Origin: Oopsacas minuta
Lineage: Eukaryota; Animalia; Porifera
Assembly (NCBI GenBank): GCA_024704765.1
Contig: JAKMXF010000316.1
Span: forward strand, 248,001-312,000
Reading direction: 5' to 3'
DNA: 64,000 nucleotides
Both the position numbers and the translations under genes were made by a program. Positions 23,500 through 37,799 of this stretch are shown piece by piece. The notes beneath the pieces are model-generated. The model worked only from the letters and a program-made list of their open reading frames with translations, did no database searches and was not told where the DNA came from. Positions within the stretch are counted from its first letter, which is position 1. Each line of letters begins with the position of its first letter.

Positions 23500-24420
23500 C
23501 ACTATCAGAATCTACTCTTAAGCTCAGGATTAATGAAATAACAGAATAAATTAAAACGCTGGTGTTGGATAAGGTTCATCATAGCCATTCTTCGCCCTTC
23601 AGTGTGACCACATATGCGGCTAACTGTATTATTACTTGTATATGCACCTTCCATTGGAAATGTATCCATGAAGAAGTGAATTCTATGTTGCCCATTAGAA
23701 ACAACTACAAAAGCAGATAATATTCTTGCTGTTGTCCCAATCACTCTCAGGACAAATTAGTTGATGTTTACCCAGAAGGGGCCCCAGAAATGTTAGGTCC
23801 TCATTCTGGGTGTGTTACTAAGGTCAAACAGAGGCAAACTTCTGCTGTGAGAACTCAATGCTTCATTCATCGTGAAACACTTGCAGCACTGACCCTTCCA
23901 TTAGAGCATATAAATACACTTGATGCAGTATCGAGAACGTCAACTTGATAAATGCAAGAGCCCGAGTACACGGTGATTACATAACGATGACATTGGAGCA
24001 GACTACGAAGTATTTCAGTTCCACACAAAATGAACGCTGTTAATCAAAAGGGAATATGAAAAAATATTTTATGTGTTAAAGACGAAGTGAATTTATTTTG
24101 GGGAGATCAGAAAAAGGTTGACCAGCTTGCTTTTGTAAACTCAGGGAAGCTGGAGATATCTTTAGTGTACCTATTAGTTGATATCTTCGAGGACTTAAAC
24201 AAGCTCAAAAACGGCTTCAAGGTAGAAACAGTAATATTATCTGTCATTACGATGCCATTCACGCTTATATCGCCCAGTTTCACATATGGCAGCGTATATT
24301 CTAGGATGGAAATATAGGATCATTTCTACACCTTGATGAGGCTCTCAAGAAAAACTCCTTTATGGTGATCATCAAGAGTTAATTCACACTCATCTTAAAA
24401 CGCTCATGGATGAATTCTGT
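23500..24420 (+). pseudogene. hAT (Buster/Charlie-type) transposase fragments
   Basis: Frameshifted motifs ETTTKA, GAPEMLGPHSGCVTKVK, QCFIHRETLAA. Confidence 0.7.
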
Positions 24421-26539
24421 AGAAGACCATATTGTCTTTCTTAATTAAGACATATAAGTGAGCGTGTGGCAATTCACAGGATGACAATGGGGCACGCGGG
24501 AAAAGATTTAAGGCCCCTGGTATATATGGATAATTTCATTTACGATACATGAGGCAAGATGCCTATTTCCACATAACTACCTATATGTGCACAGTGTATA
24601 GTAATTAGGTGCAATTCTAGAATTCCAAATCCAAATATATCAACTTCCTTTTATCCCTCGTCCAGTGAAACATATGCTCAGTGAGCAGGCCCATTGCGGA
24701 GGACTTTGACTCGCAAGCAGCATTTCCAAATAAAGCAATAAACAATTTTTCATGATCACATAGAATTCGGATTTATACAAGTGTGACTTCCTAAATGTGC
24801 ACACTGACCTTCTACTTTCTGGAATTAAACTCCAACAATTACACATTCTTTTGACCTTTCATTATGGGTGCGAATGAGCATAAAGGCACTCGTGGATACA
24901 ACCTGACGAATATTATTCGACCTGAAATCAGGAGTGATCGCTAAAGAATGAAGAATTTTATCAGAAAGTGCAAGAGGATTAAACTTCAACAGAAAAACTG
25001 ATGAAGATTCATTCTTGAACTGATACTCTCGATTACAACCGACAAATAAATAGAAATCTTAGCGAGGAGGCAAGGATGTGTATTAGCCTCATAAATTTGG
25101 CATTACTATAGAGAGATGAGAAGGGCAAAAAGTCCGGAGGTTCCTCTGCCTCAATGCTAGCCACGATTCCTGTATTTTGACAAGGGCTGAAACGAAAATA
25201 GTGAATACTAGAATATACTTTCGAGATGAATGAACGAATATTAGTTTGATGCATTAATTCATTAACTACATTTGTTTATGGATTCATTCATAAGTAGAGA
25301 ATTGGCAATAACGATAATAGATCATAATACATAATTATATATTATCTCAATTTCCCTTAATATGAAATTAAAATTGGATATTTCTCATCAATATTGCGAA
25401 GACGTGAAATGCTTAGTAATCAAAACGATTGAATATTCGAAAAATATTCAACCATTGGTTCGTTTAGAAAAGTTTTGTTCGTTACGTGTATTCTTCCTCT
25501 GTTTCATATTCACGATTGTCATCAAAGCAATTGGTCCTAGTTTATTCAAGTTAATATTATTTCAGATGTATTTGACAGGACGTCCCAACTTTATGATAGT
25601 GCTGTACCAGCCGAAACCCTCTCATTTCACAGCTGATTTATATGCCTTGCAAATATGCCAATATTTAGTAGGTATAAGACCTTAAGATGCTATTTGTTGG
25701 CCGATGTATTTTCTGGAATACAGTGAAAGCCGCATATTCGGGAAACCTAGGGGGTCAATGTTTGTCTCATTAACCAATCATGTTCCATTTAAGGATTCTA
25801 GTTCTTTTATGATCCAATGGCCAGAATATATGCCAACCACTAGTGGTTGACATCATTAAATCCTGGCCATATGATCTAGTAGAGATGAGTTGTTGTAGGA
25901 TGTATGTAAAAGTTATAGTAATAATTTAGATGCCAATTCTAAGTAAAAAAAAACATTTACAAGTGATTCGGAATATATATATATACTTATAGATAAATAT
26001 ATAGGATCAGTAACAAATTGATACCGCAACTAGAATCGCTATATTGTGATAAAAATGCTAATTAACCGAATACAAATTCGAAATATTTGTCAACCTTAGT
26101 AGAAGAAAATGATTTAACGATTATAATTTTCGAGATGTTTAAAATTCGGTTAATGAGGATAAGAAATCCTGATTAACCGATTCGATGACCCAATTATCCC
26201 ATGGACTTAAATGAAAAAAATCTCTACCCAATACTCTGTCACGTTGAAGAAGATATCTCGATTAATCGGCCTCCACTAAATGCGAAATAAAGTTAAGTTA
26301 CAATAACATTTACGTCACTGAGACCACAATCTCTATTTATGGCTTAAAAACTGTGCATACGCCGATCTCTCTCAAAGTAATTAGATTCTCATACTCAATG
26401 TTCTTAGTATTTTCACGATTTCTGAAAGTATTCTTCTTTAGTATCTATTCAAAAGTTGCATCTTCCAAACCACTCTAGAAAGCATAAATTAATTCTTTTA
26501 TCTAGAGTCCAAAACCGCCGATTCGCAAGCCCCTACCGG

Positions 26540-26900
26540 ACCTCTAGAGGTTAAATCTGGCGAATATGGGTACTGAAAAAGAATTTGGATGGATTTTTCT
26601 GCAATATAATCCATTGTTACGACAGCTTTGTGTGAAATTGCATTGTTACTGTGCCAGAAAGACTAGGAGTCTTCGCTCTTGGGAGTACAAAATAGTTTAG
26701 TAGAATTATGATAACCATGTATGCATTTACCAACTCGTGGTTCCCGAACTTGTTCTACCAAAGATATCATAGCAAAATGACCACATTGTGGACATATGTT
26801 TCCCGCAGCCCTGGAACGCTCGACGTTTTGAGGCTGGGCGTCATAAGAGATTAGCCAAACTGTTAACCCAGAAAACCAATTGATTAACGTAGTATGGGAC
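26540..26900 (-). pseudogene. mariner transposase fragment
   Basis: WHSNNAISHKAVVTMDYIAEKSIQILFQYPYSPDL on the minus strand. Confidence 0.6.
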
Positions 26901-27559
26901 AGGGCCTGATCACTGAAGACAAGATAGAGTTAAAAATCCCAGTGAGGCGTTGAAATCTCTCATCTAATCATAAAATAACATAGATCAAAAATAAAGTCTA
27001 TCTAGAAGTTTGTTCTGACTCGTAGTTGAGTAAACTATCAGAACTCGGCAATTTTACGTGCTAAAGGTTTCAAAATTTACAAAGAATTTTTAAAAATAGG
27101 ACTAAAGTCAGAATAAAATATATAGTCGACAACATTATGATGAATATGGGTATCTAAGGGTCTGGAGAGACACTTTTTAAGATACCAGCTGATCTAAAGA
27201 GGGTCATAAAAGTGAATATATACCCGAAAACCTGTCCGATTACAAAACTTTACTAGGGTAGAGCTTCGGTCCTAGCTACGCCTATGCCTACAATACAAGA
27301 TGCAACTTTGTTATTGCAGCTGTTGCATCCAATATTTGCAAAAAATATATAATTTTCCTATTTCAATGCAACATTGTTGCATGCAAGCATCGTATATGGT
27401 GTGTTTAAGATATTTGTCGAACCGAATACGGCCGGGAAAATGGGATTTTATGAAGTCAACAATGTGCTGCAATCCTAATTTATGCGCGGGAATTGGTGAA
27501 AACAAAGTGGTAAAATAAACGTGCCCCTTTTTGTTATGAATGTAACACTTCGACCATAA

Positions 27560-29707
27560 AACAGGTCAACAAAAAATATTTCTATCTCTTGGCTCAGATT
27601 GTTGGACTGTTTTAGGGTATATCGGGGTTACTGTATCCGAAAATACTATGAGTTTTGCTGAATTGGCTCTAGTTTTCTAGATATTTCACAACCTTAAATT
27701 TTAAGGTAATACTACAATTATTTTCGGTTTGTATGTTTATATTAACATTTACAACTATTTGTCCATAACATAGAACCTTTTATGGATTCAAAATGCATTA
27801 GATGTTGTTGCCTCAATGATTCCGATGTCTTTTGCTATATTTGTGGTGAATATATGGCAAGGAACCTCGTTGCAATATTAGAGATGTCACAAAATAGCTA
27901 TCAGGCATACTTTGGTATCAAATTAGGCGATCAGGATAAGTAATGGAGCCCTCACAAAGTGTGCAAATATTGCACAGAAACCCTCCGCCTATGGACTCAA
28001 GGAAAAGCCAAATCCATGAAGTTTGGGGTATCAATGGTTGGCGAAAGTCCAAGAACCATCACGATGACTGCTACTTCTGCATAGTTGACATGTCTGGATG
28101 GACCCGGCAGAAAAAGAATTCGTGGCATTATCCTGACATACATTCTGCAAGACGCCCAATTCCACACTGCAGCGAAACTCAGGTGCCTGTTTTTACGTCC
28201 TCACCTGATACTGCGTTTACTGATGCAATTGATGAATCGTCGGACAGCAATAGCTGTAATGAGTTGTACCGATAAGTATAGCGGAGCCTTTCACACAGGG
28301 GCAGCTCAACGACTTAGTGAGAGACTTAGGCTTGTCAAAAGAAGCTTCAGAGATCCTGGCTTCCTGTCTCAGTGAACACCATGTTCTCCACAGTGAAGCT
28401 AAGATAACTTATTACTGACGCAGAGACGAAGAACTTCTTCGCTATTTCAGTGAAGAAGGCGGTTTGTGTTTTGTAATAACATCCCAGGTCTTCTCTCAGC
28501 AATGGGACTGTTCCAATACAATCCAAATGAGTGGCGTTTATTTATCGACAGCTCTAAACGGAGTCTAAAGTGCGTGTTGCTGCATAATGGTAACAAATTT
28601 GTCTGTGTTCCGATCGGCCATTCAGTAATCTTGAAAGAGCACCATGCAACTGTAAAGATGGCCCTCCAAAATCTGTGTTATGATGAACATAACTGGATCG
28701 CATGTGTGGACTTGAAAATGGTCAATATCCTGTTAGAACAGCAAAGTAGTTACACTAAATACCCATGCTTTCTTTGTTTGTGGTACAGCAGAGCGGATGA
28801 GGTGCACTGGGAAAAGAAGAACTGGCCAGTTCGTCAAAAGATTGCCGTGGAGGCAAAGAATATCATTAATGAGCCACTAGTTAGCCGTGACCGTATCATC
28901 CTACCACCACTACATATCAAGTTGGGGCTGATGAAACAATTTGTAAAGGCATTGAACAAAGATGGTACCTATTTCAACTACCTTTGCTCAGTATATCGTG
29001 GTCTGAGTATCGAAAAACTTAAGGCAGGAATTTTTGATGGACCACTAATCAGAAAACTGATAAAGATGAAGAATTCGCCTCACACATGACTGGAGTTGAG
29101 GCTACCGCGTGGTATTCCTTTGTCGATGTTGTAAAGGGATTCTTAGGCAACACCAAAGTGGCTAACTACCAGAATCTGGTCGAAGGCATGCTCAAGAACT
29201 TCCACAGTCTGGGAGCCAGAATGAGAATAAAACTTCACTATCTCTATAGCCATTTAGAGAGATTCCCTGAAAATCTTGGTGATTTAAGCGAAGAACAGGG
29301 CGAGCGATTCCACCAAGACATCAAGACTATGAAGGAACGGTACCAAGGAAGATGGGACACTCATATGCTGGCAGATTACTGCTGGAGCCATATGCGTGAT
29401 TGCCCCCAAGGACCTCACAAGAGGAATTCGTATAAGGGAACATTCGTTTATGATTGTTAAGTATTCAGATCATATTATATCTCAAATTATCTGCTTATTA
29501 CGTAAGTTTAATTCTAGTTGTAATGTAACACATACATACTATATGGGATCAGTGAACAGATTCACAGATGCTGAAAAACATAATTTTACAATATTACGAA
29601 AAGTAGAGCCAATTGACCAGAACTAGTGCCATATTCGAACTTAGTGACCCCGATATACTCTAGAAATAGTCTCAACATATCAGCCAAGAAAATGTTGTTG
29701 GCCAGTG
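27560..29707 (+). mobile_element. Chapaev3 (CMC) transposon, full length, frameshifted
   Basis: Imperfect ~130-bp TIRs (AACAGGTCAACAA / CACTGGCCAACAA) and 3-bp TAA TSD (27557-59, 29708-10). CAC..GTG termini with TWA TSD are the recalled Chapaev3 signature. Confidence 0.8.
27790..29460 (+). pseudogene. Chapaev3 transposase (multiple frameshifts)
   Basis: FCYICGE, NHHDDCYFC, WRLFIDSSKRSLK, CVDLK, YPCFLC, PPLHIKLGLMKQF, SEEQGERFHQDI, MLADYCW. Confidence 0.88.
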
Positions 29708-30859
29708 TAATCAATCAACTGTATAGTTCCATAGCATCCTATGTCATAAAGTGGCAATAATTCAAAAAAAGTTGTCCGATCGCTTTGCTTTTTATGACTT
29801 CTTTCACCACCTATATAGCTTGTTAATCAATGAAAATTTAAGGTAAACCTGTAAAATAGAGATTTGGGGAGGGTATGACGAGAATATTGGTAACACTTAT
29901 TGTACACGATCAAAACTTGATATACGATGTTATGTAGTATACATGGTCTAAAAAGCATAAAATGTGCCTTATCGTGTCCTCTTGGAGACAAATAGGTTTG
30001 AATGGGATCAGTGCCTTTGCAAATTCACCATACGGGCCATAATATTCACTGGTGACACAGTTTGTGTCATGCCCTTCAGCCATCTTCCGCCTTAAAATTC
30101 ACATAAATGGAAAAAAAAAACAATTCAAAAGTATAACACTCCCTCACGCTGGGTACATGAATGTATGCACTTCAGAGTACCCTGGTTTGACTTTAGAAAT
30201 GAATTTTGGTAGGCTTAAAATTGAAAACACAATTGTCAAGCTTTCTGAATCTGTTCAGGTTTTTGGTATTTTCAATTTTATATATTGCGATTATTACATT
30301 TCGCCGAAATTTCCTATAACATTTCACTTGTTATAAAAATGGATTACTTCAAGTCTATTAAATTTGCTAGGTAATGTTAACAATTTTGGTACAATTTGGC
30401 ACGAATAAATGTATTATTGATAGATAATGATCAACACAAGTCATGTCATCCAACTATTCCCTGATCGAAATGACGTCATCTATTTGTTAGAAGGTCGATA
30501 TGTTGTTAAAAATCTCCCCACTGTTAAAGCTCTGATAAACTATCACTGGTGGGTCTTTGATTTCAGGATAAATCTATCAAGTGACCTAAGGATATATACT
30601 AGGGAGTACTAAAAATGTAAGATCTCCTTTCTATATTGGAACAATCGTATCATTGTTTGGATTAAGTTTGGTAGTATTTATGCATAGATTGAGCCAATTT
30701 GAAATACAACATACTTCGCAGTATATTCATTTAGTACCTGTCTTAATAGTGATTACTCATACTCATAAGGGGTATTCCTAAAATATGATAAAGTAATCTC
30801 ACATACAAATCTTGTAAATTTGATGCAAACCAAAATTATCCTATAAATTTACCAAGAGA

Positions 30860-31715
30860 GAAACTTGTGCACAGAGACATTTGTATACAAGACAAGTACG
30901 ACCTTTGTGTACAGATTTTCTGTGTACATACTTAGAAATCAGGCCGAGGTTACAGCTCCCTTTAAATTGGTGAACTGTACACCAGTAGAATCTTTAATTT
31001 GCGATAACCAAAAGAATTTGTCTCCTTACACATATACAGTTGACATACAGCATCCGTCCCACAGAGGAAAGCAAATTCTGTTCGAGATAGCGGATGTGAC
31101 TGTAGTACCAATTTTCTTTGTTTTAGTATAAAATATACTTATAATCATTAAGAGAAAATTCACGACGAACATCATTTTCACATTAGGTTAATGGGAAAGC
31201 TGAGTTTTCAGGATTTTTTGAAATGCGACCTTTAAGTGTTACATAGGGTATTTCAACACATTTTGATGTTCGTTCGGAACGATCATCACTAGTTTAACAA
31301 ACATTTATAATTAAATGGATCTGAAATTTCTTGGAAACTTGAGTAGATCTGGAATCTGATTCATTTGGACTTGGGTTCAATTAATACTTGAGTCTTTCTT
31401 GAATTTTCTCTTAAAAATATAACATAATTTTACTGACACAAAGAAAATAATTCTACTACAGCAAGCAACCGCTATCTCGAATGCCCATAAATTCGAACAT
31501 TCGTTATCTCGAACAGAATTTGATTTCCTCTGAGGTTTAGAAATAACGGATGTTGACTCTATATGTGTACAAAAAGAAAAGTTCTGTGTTATCGCAAATG
31601 ACAGATTCTATGGTGTGAGGGTCGCCGAGTTAAAGGGAGCTGTAACCTTGGACTGGTTTCTAATAATCCACACAGAAAATCTGTACACAAATGTCAATGT
31701 ACACAAGTGTCGTAA
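30860..31715. mobile_element. Non-autonomous foldback/MULE-like element with ~180-bp TIRs
   Basis: 30860-31040 is inverted at ~31555-31715 (TTTGTGTACAGATTTTCTGTGT...GGTTACAGCTCCCTTTAA...TAGAATC); terminal sub-repeats TTGTGTACA.GACA. Confidence 0.7.
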
Positions 31716-31869
31716 TTCCTGATATACACTTTGTAAGGAATTATTATTGTTGAGATTGCAATACAAAATTTCCTACTTAGCAGATTGATAGCGCTATATA
31801 ATTTATAGCTATATATAATCGGTCTAAGTGGTCTGATATCTCTTTCCAACAGAGGCCATAATTTCACTA

Positions 31870-33400
31870 AAAGAAAGAATTGAACTGAAAATAAAGAAAG
31901 AGAAAATTGAAGCCGAGTAACACAACAATTTTCAAATTGAGGATATTGAAGAAACGGATACTCAGAACAGTAATGAAAATGTGGATTCGAATTCGAATTC
32001 TAATCCTAGTAAAAAATGGATGCCAATCGACATTGAGTTTCTAATCGAGCTGCAGCTGCAATTGCTGCAGCCACTCTGATAGATTTCGGAGATATTACAC
32101 AAGAAGACCCAAGTCTTGTGATAGACAAAAAAAGGTGGCAGGAGCAGGTAAAAGTATAGAAATCAAATAGAACTCAAAGAATTGGTAGAATGAATTGATG
32201 TTACAGGTATTAATTTGATGGAAGGCACGATAAAACACTTTCAAATAACACATCAATGGTAAATGTTGTACTCATATCTCAGTTGAGAAAATTACTGTTG
32301 TGATTGATAAAATAGTACATGTCCTTTCCATACAACTCCTGAATCTGCTCACGGAATCAATATCGCTTCATCAATATATGCCCATCCCAAAAAAATGGAT
32401 TGGAAAAAGAGATTCTCTTAGTAGGTTATGATGGTACGAATATAAATGTAGGTAGGAAGAATGAGTCTATTGTAACTTGGAAAGAATGCATGGAAGAAGA
32501 TTATAATGGGAAGTTGACTGCTCCTGAGAGAATTGTTTGAATATTTTGACGGGAAAAGTAGCGGGCCTATTCATTCAGTGGCCGAATCGGCAAATCCTGA
32601 GAAACAACTCTCTGGAATTCCTGTAATAAGGTTTGAGCCAATAGTATACAATGAGTCCCTGAGATGAACTAATAGACGAGCTTAGTACTGATCAGAGTTA
32701 TCTCTATATGATTTACCAGGCATGTTTGCAAAGTAATTGTCTGGAGGATGTAGAGTTACTCAAACAAGATCCTATTTTTCATTCCAGATGGCTTTCTCTG
32801 GCGAGTAGAATTGTCCGGTTGTATATGTCAACAATAATTCATTTAGGAGTTGAAGGGCCTACGGTTATTGTGATGAAATCATAGCATCATGCTGGTTACA
32901 AATTAAAAGTCATCAGGAATTTACAGACGCAGACGGACCAAATAATTTTTTGATGTTGCTTAAGCACCTTACATACAAGAGTCTGACAGAACAAGAGGTA
33001 GCGAAGAATGTTTTCAAAGAAATGCCTTCGCTTTACACCCAAAAAATGTTTAGCCATCTTTGTTATGCAATGATGAACGTAGAATACGAATTGAAGCTGT
33101 GAGACGTGAATTGGATTTGCGGGATAATCAACTTAGTTTGGAAGTGGGTGGTAAGGTTGATGTGCTCAGGGTTGATATTTGTGAAAATTCATTAGCAAAA
33201 TTGGACAGTAATGCCAAACTATATTAGGCCTTTCAGTGTCCCAAAATAAAACTTTCAAGCACACTCAATGTCATCAGTAAAGTCGTCTGTAATACGGAAC
33301 ATGACATGAAAGAGTGGCATCGTAAATCAAAAGACATTTACGATACCCTCTTTACAAACCAAATCTGAGCAGTAAACCGAGGCATCTCAGTGTGTTTGTG
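31870..33400 (+). pseudogene. hAT-related (hATm-like) transposase, heavily frameshifted
   Basis: VSNRAAAAIAAATLIDFG, FDGRHDKT, LLVGYDGTNINVG, LFEYFDGKSSGP, FSGRIGK, SRWLSLASRIVRLY. Confidence 0.65.
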
Positions 33401-34897
33401 GTGAGTGAGGAAAAGCATGATTGGTTCATCCGTCAGAGGCTAAAATCAAAAAGACTTATGCCCTATACTGATTCCAAACGAGATTTTGTTGGCATTTTGT
33501 AAATCCCAAAAGGGAATTCTAAAATGAATGATTTGACAATTAGTTTCGAACTAAAGTAGAACCCCTCCAAGCGAGGAGATTGGGCCCCAAGATTTGGCTC
33601 ATGTTTACTCACTATCAGACATAAATTTGCATGAAAAATGATGTAGTTGAAGTATATTTTACGCCCCGCTTTTAAAAAATTCTCCGCTGCGGAGGTACCA
33701 TTGTATAAAACATTCTAATATATAGAAACATTCCCAACAAATTTCAGCCGATTTGGAATAGTTCTTACCTACCAGTTGTATTTCCTGGGAGTTGGACAAA
33801 AGGTAAAACTGTCTCCATCCATAATTAACCAATATATAAATCAAATGAGCTCAAAAGTTGCAGAAATTTTTACTAATATAATCCAAACTAAAATATGTAT
33901 GAAAGGAGTTTATTCAATTATTCAGTTCGCCCCCAATGTTTATATATGCAGGGGCAGGACTATAAATATCAAACCGAAGCAAAATTTTAATGTACAGACT
34001 AATACTATTAGATAGCATAGCGGCTCAGTTCTAAAAGGGTTAAATTAGCATATATAAATATATATATATGATTTGCTATGTGGTTCATAGATTTAGAGAG
34101 TAGGACGCCAAATTTGGCATCTGTACTCGTAGCAACATTCATTTTAGCACCTGACATTTAAAAGATTTCCAATGTATATATTTCCACACCTTTGACATCT
34201 CTGTATCTTAGCCCAACCAGATTGTAGGTTTTGCGATAAGGCATAAATACATAAACATAGTTCTTGCAGAAACCCAGGAGTTAAGGTCACCATATTTGTA
34301 CCTTAATTTATTTGTATTGCAAGTAGACAGAAATTCTATTAGCCAATACATTTTATTTAGTATATACACACAATACAATTATTTACCATATGATCAATCG
34401 TATTATGACACCTTTAGGTAATATTTCAAATTGTCCTAGAGATCAGCTTCCACAGGCTATTTAAGGGTAAAGAATGACGTAGAATTCAATTCCGATACTC
34501 AAAACGGAACTATGCTACGGAACTGGTCATAGTACTAGAATTATGTTCACCGGACCATCTACATATTGAGGTTCTACTTAAGTTTATTAAATCGAAGCAC
34601 AAAGAATAACTAAACGGTGAGACAGAATAATAATAATTATAGTTACCAATGGATAGAATGAAACACTGACCAATAGGAAAGTGACTTCTTAGCTCGCGTT
34701 TTGGCTAGTTCAATTGTTCTAAAAATTGAATTCCAACCCTGCGTTCAGATTAACTGAATTAAGCGGTGAAATATAATCCGGGGTTCCAAGGTAATCGATT
34801 CCTAACATAATGGGGCGGAGTCCGGACAGAGGTTTCTAAATCTGAGGCTTTGATCCCGGATGCCCTACCTACCGCCACTGTAGAAATGAAGCATACT

Positions 34898-35326
34898 TTT
34901 TGATATTATCAGATTCTCACATTGAGTTATACTAGATATCATGGATAACACATTTTTGGCAAATATCCACTTAATACTCGATTATTGCCAGAGTCTTTAG
35001 TCAAATCAGTCCAGCCAATATATCCGACTTACCCAATTTCCCATTCCCTTATGATACAATTTTGATAACTTATCTCTAAGCACCATAATGTAATATTGAT
35101 AATGAGCAAATATGGGCATATTCACGATTGCTCCACATGGGTTAGAGAAATCGCATCAAAATGTATTACAAGTTTATCGGGAGTTGGGTATCTAGTATGT
35201 ATTGGTTTGACTGATTAGACAAAACTCCTGCAACAATTGAGTTATATATGGATATTTTTCAAAGGTGTGCCATTCATGGCATCTAGTATAACTCAATAAC
35301 GTGACAACTGTATAATTCCCAAAGTT
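34898..35326. repeat. Self-palindromic MITE/foldback remnant (~200-bp arms, almost no spacer)
   Basis: ATTGAGTTATACTAGAT at 34921 is inverted at 35281-35297; homology of about 70-75% continues to the centre. Confidence 0.7.
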
Positions 35327-37799
35327 ATTATTTTATGTATAAATCTTTAGATCACTTATTATAAATTGTGAAATTAAAGAAGCACTATTGATAGTTTATC
35401 AGAGCTTTAAAAATGGAGAGATGTTAATAACATATTGCCCTTTTAACGAAACAGATGAAGCATTTCGAACTGGGAATATTTGATTGACATGACTTGTGTT
35501 GATTATTATGTATTAATAATACATGCATTTTGCCAAAAGTGCACTTTTATGAAATATTTAAGCACATCATAATACGTTGCTGCCATAATCACCCCTGGTC
35601 CTGAAAAATGACTAGGTGAATGGATTGGTTTTAAAAAGATATATCTTAAATTGTTGGAAATCAACATTGAGTCTGAATTTAACATTTATATGCTAATCTG
35701 AAATGGCTTGAGGATGTTATGGATGGGCGAAAGGTAATAATCGCATTATATAAAATTGATCATGCAAATAAATTGGAATAACTAGAAAAATTCAGAAGGC
35801 GTGACAAGGGTTATTTCAATCTTAAACCTACGAAAATTAATTTCCAATGTCAAAACAAGGGTACTCGGAAGTGCATACATTCATGTACCCAGCGCCCAGA
35901 ATACTTTTACAAATGTTCGCTTAGGGTGAAAATCTACGATATCGTGAGAATTTTGATAAAGGCATGCAACTAGCGTAATATTTTATCTAAAAATACAAGT
36001 TGCAATTACAGTATTCCATTATTGAAGTAGACATCGGATAAATACACAAATAAGAAATTCTTTCAAGGTTTTAGAAACTCCTAGAACTGGTTTTGAGAAA
36101 AAAAACATGAACACAGAGAGTATCCAATATACGAGAAATATGACGATCGCAGAATCATTCAAATTTCAGCTGAACGTATCTTCGAAAGGGATATTCTGAT
36201 TATTCGGGAGATTTGTGGAGCATGATATGCAGGGTTGCCGCGGATATAGGAATCCACATTGGTATGAAAGGGGTTTGGGAATTGAAATTACTTATATGGC
36301 AACACAGATAGCTTGAAAGTGGGAGGGTTGGCTAGCCTTTGCGGTATATGCATTCAAGACAAAATATTCAAATTAGGTGGTGATAAGTACTACTATAGTT
36401 TAATCGCAATACCCAGGCATCACTAATGAGAGGATTCGGTACACAAACATTTCTATGGAAATAAGTACAATTATATATGTATGAATAATCAATTCTTATC
36501 TATAGTCTTCACTGAATTATACTTAAAGAACCTAATAGGGATTTCCAGTTTAAATAAAAATCGTTTCGGCAAACGAAGAATTGTCGTTCCAATCATAGCC
36601 TGAAGATACACAGGCCTGTCCACGTTTATGATGGTAGACAAACCTCTAAGAAGATTTGAGATTTCCGAAACAGACTGGAAAATACAAATCGAATATAGAT
36701 AACGTCTAACATATTTATAAGACTATATCTGAAATGAATAGCTGAAGGTTACAGTATAGACAAGTCAAAATATGAAGAAATAGCCCCAACCCCCAGCAAA
36801 TGCAACAAATTGTTTTCTTACATTTTTCGGGAGTACCCTATCTGGGGAATAACATGCTGAAAGTTTATCAAATCGGATCCCCAGAAGTCAAAATATTCGT
36901 AATCAGGATCAAATTTTCAGCCATTTATTTGAAAGGATGTTTTATCTAGCAACGTAAAATTCCTCGGGAATGGGACAACACTCCTGACTCAAATTTTCCA
37001 TTGAGTGACCCCTAGTTCTACACATTTATGCTAGCTGAGTCCAGCTATGTACATATCGACCTTCCAATTGATCACCAAATTTCTGGACATATGTCAAATA
37101 ATTGACATGAATACACGATGTTATCGTGTGTTATGTTGTGTATATTTATCTAGAAATTGATTCATTTTCCGAATAGTGCAGACCTATTTCATGATATCTT
37201 AAATGAAATGTATTACTGGACCACGGACGTACACTTGCTACAATACTTTAACTCAATTGTATTATAGTGCCATGGAAATATCCTTGCAATGATATATAAC
37301 TCAAAATAGGAAAATTGAAGCCTCATAATATTTCACTTCCCTTTACAAAATAGTGTCAAAATTGTATTGTATTGCTATTTGAGTTTTAGACTCCTTATTT
37401 AATAAATGAAAAATAGATAACATGGAAGAATACGAATATAATACCATATAAAAGTATCTACACGATGAAAAATATCCTCCTTGAATCTTAAGAACAAAGG
37501 TACCCGCTCATGCAAAGAAAATTTCCGAGTAAAGGTCAAACTATACAAAGTTAACCAAATGACAAACTTTGCAAGGTAATCGATTAATTGAAATGTTTTT
37601 AAGGTTATGCACTTACTTAGAAACATGAAATAAATTATTTATGATTTGCTCATACATTAGAAGCTTCACAATAAAGATGGTTCTGAACAATATCTTTTGG
37701 TCTCAATGCAATCTGAATTTAAGGATACAATTTACTGGCTTGATGAATAAGGTGAAAAAACTTTTGAGACACCCTGTATAGACAAATAGCGGAAAGTAA

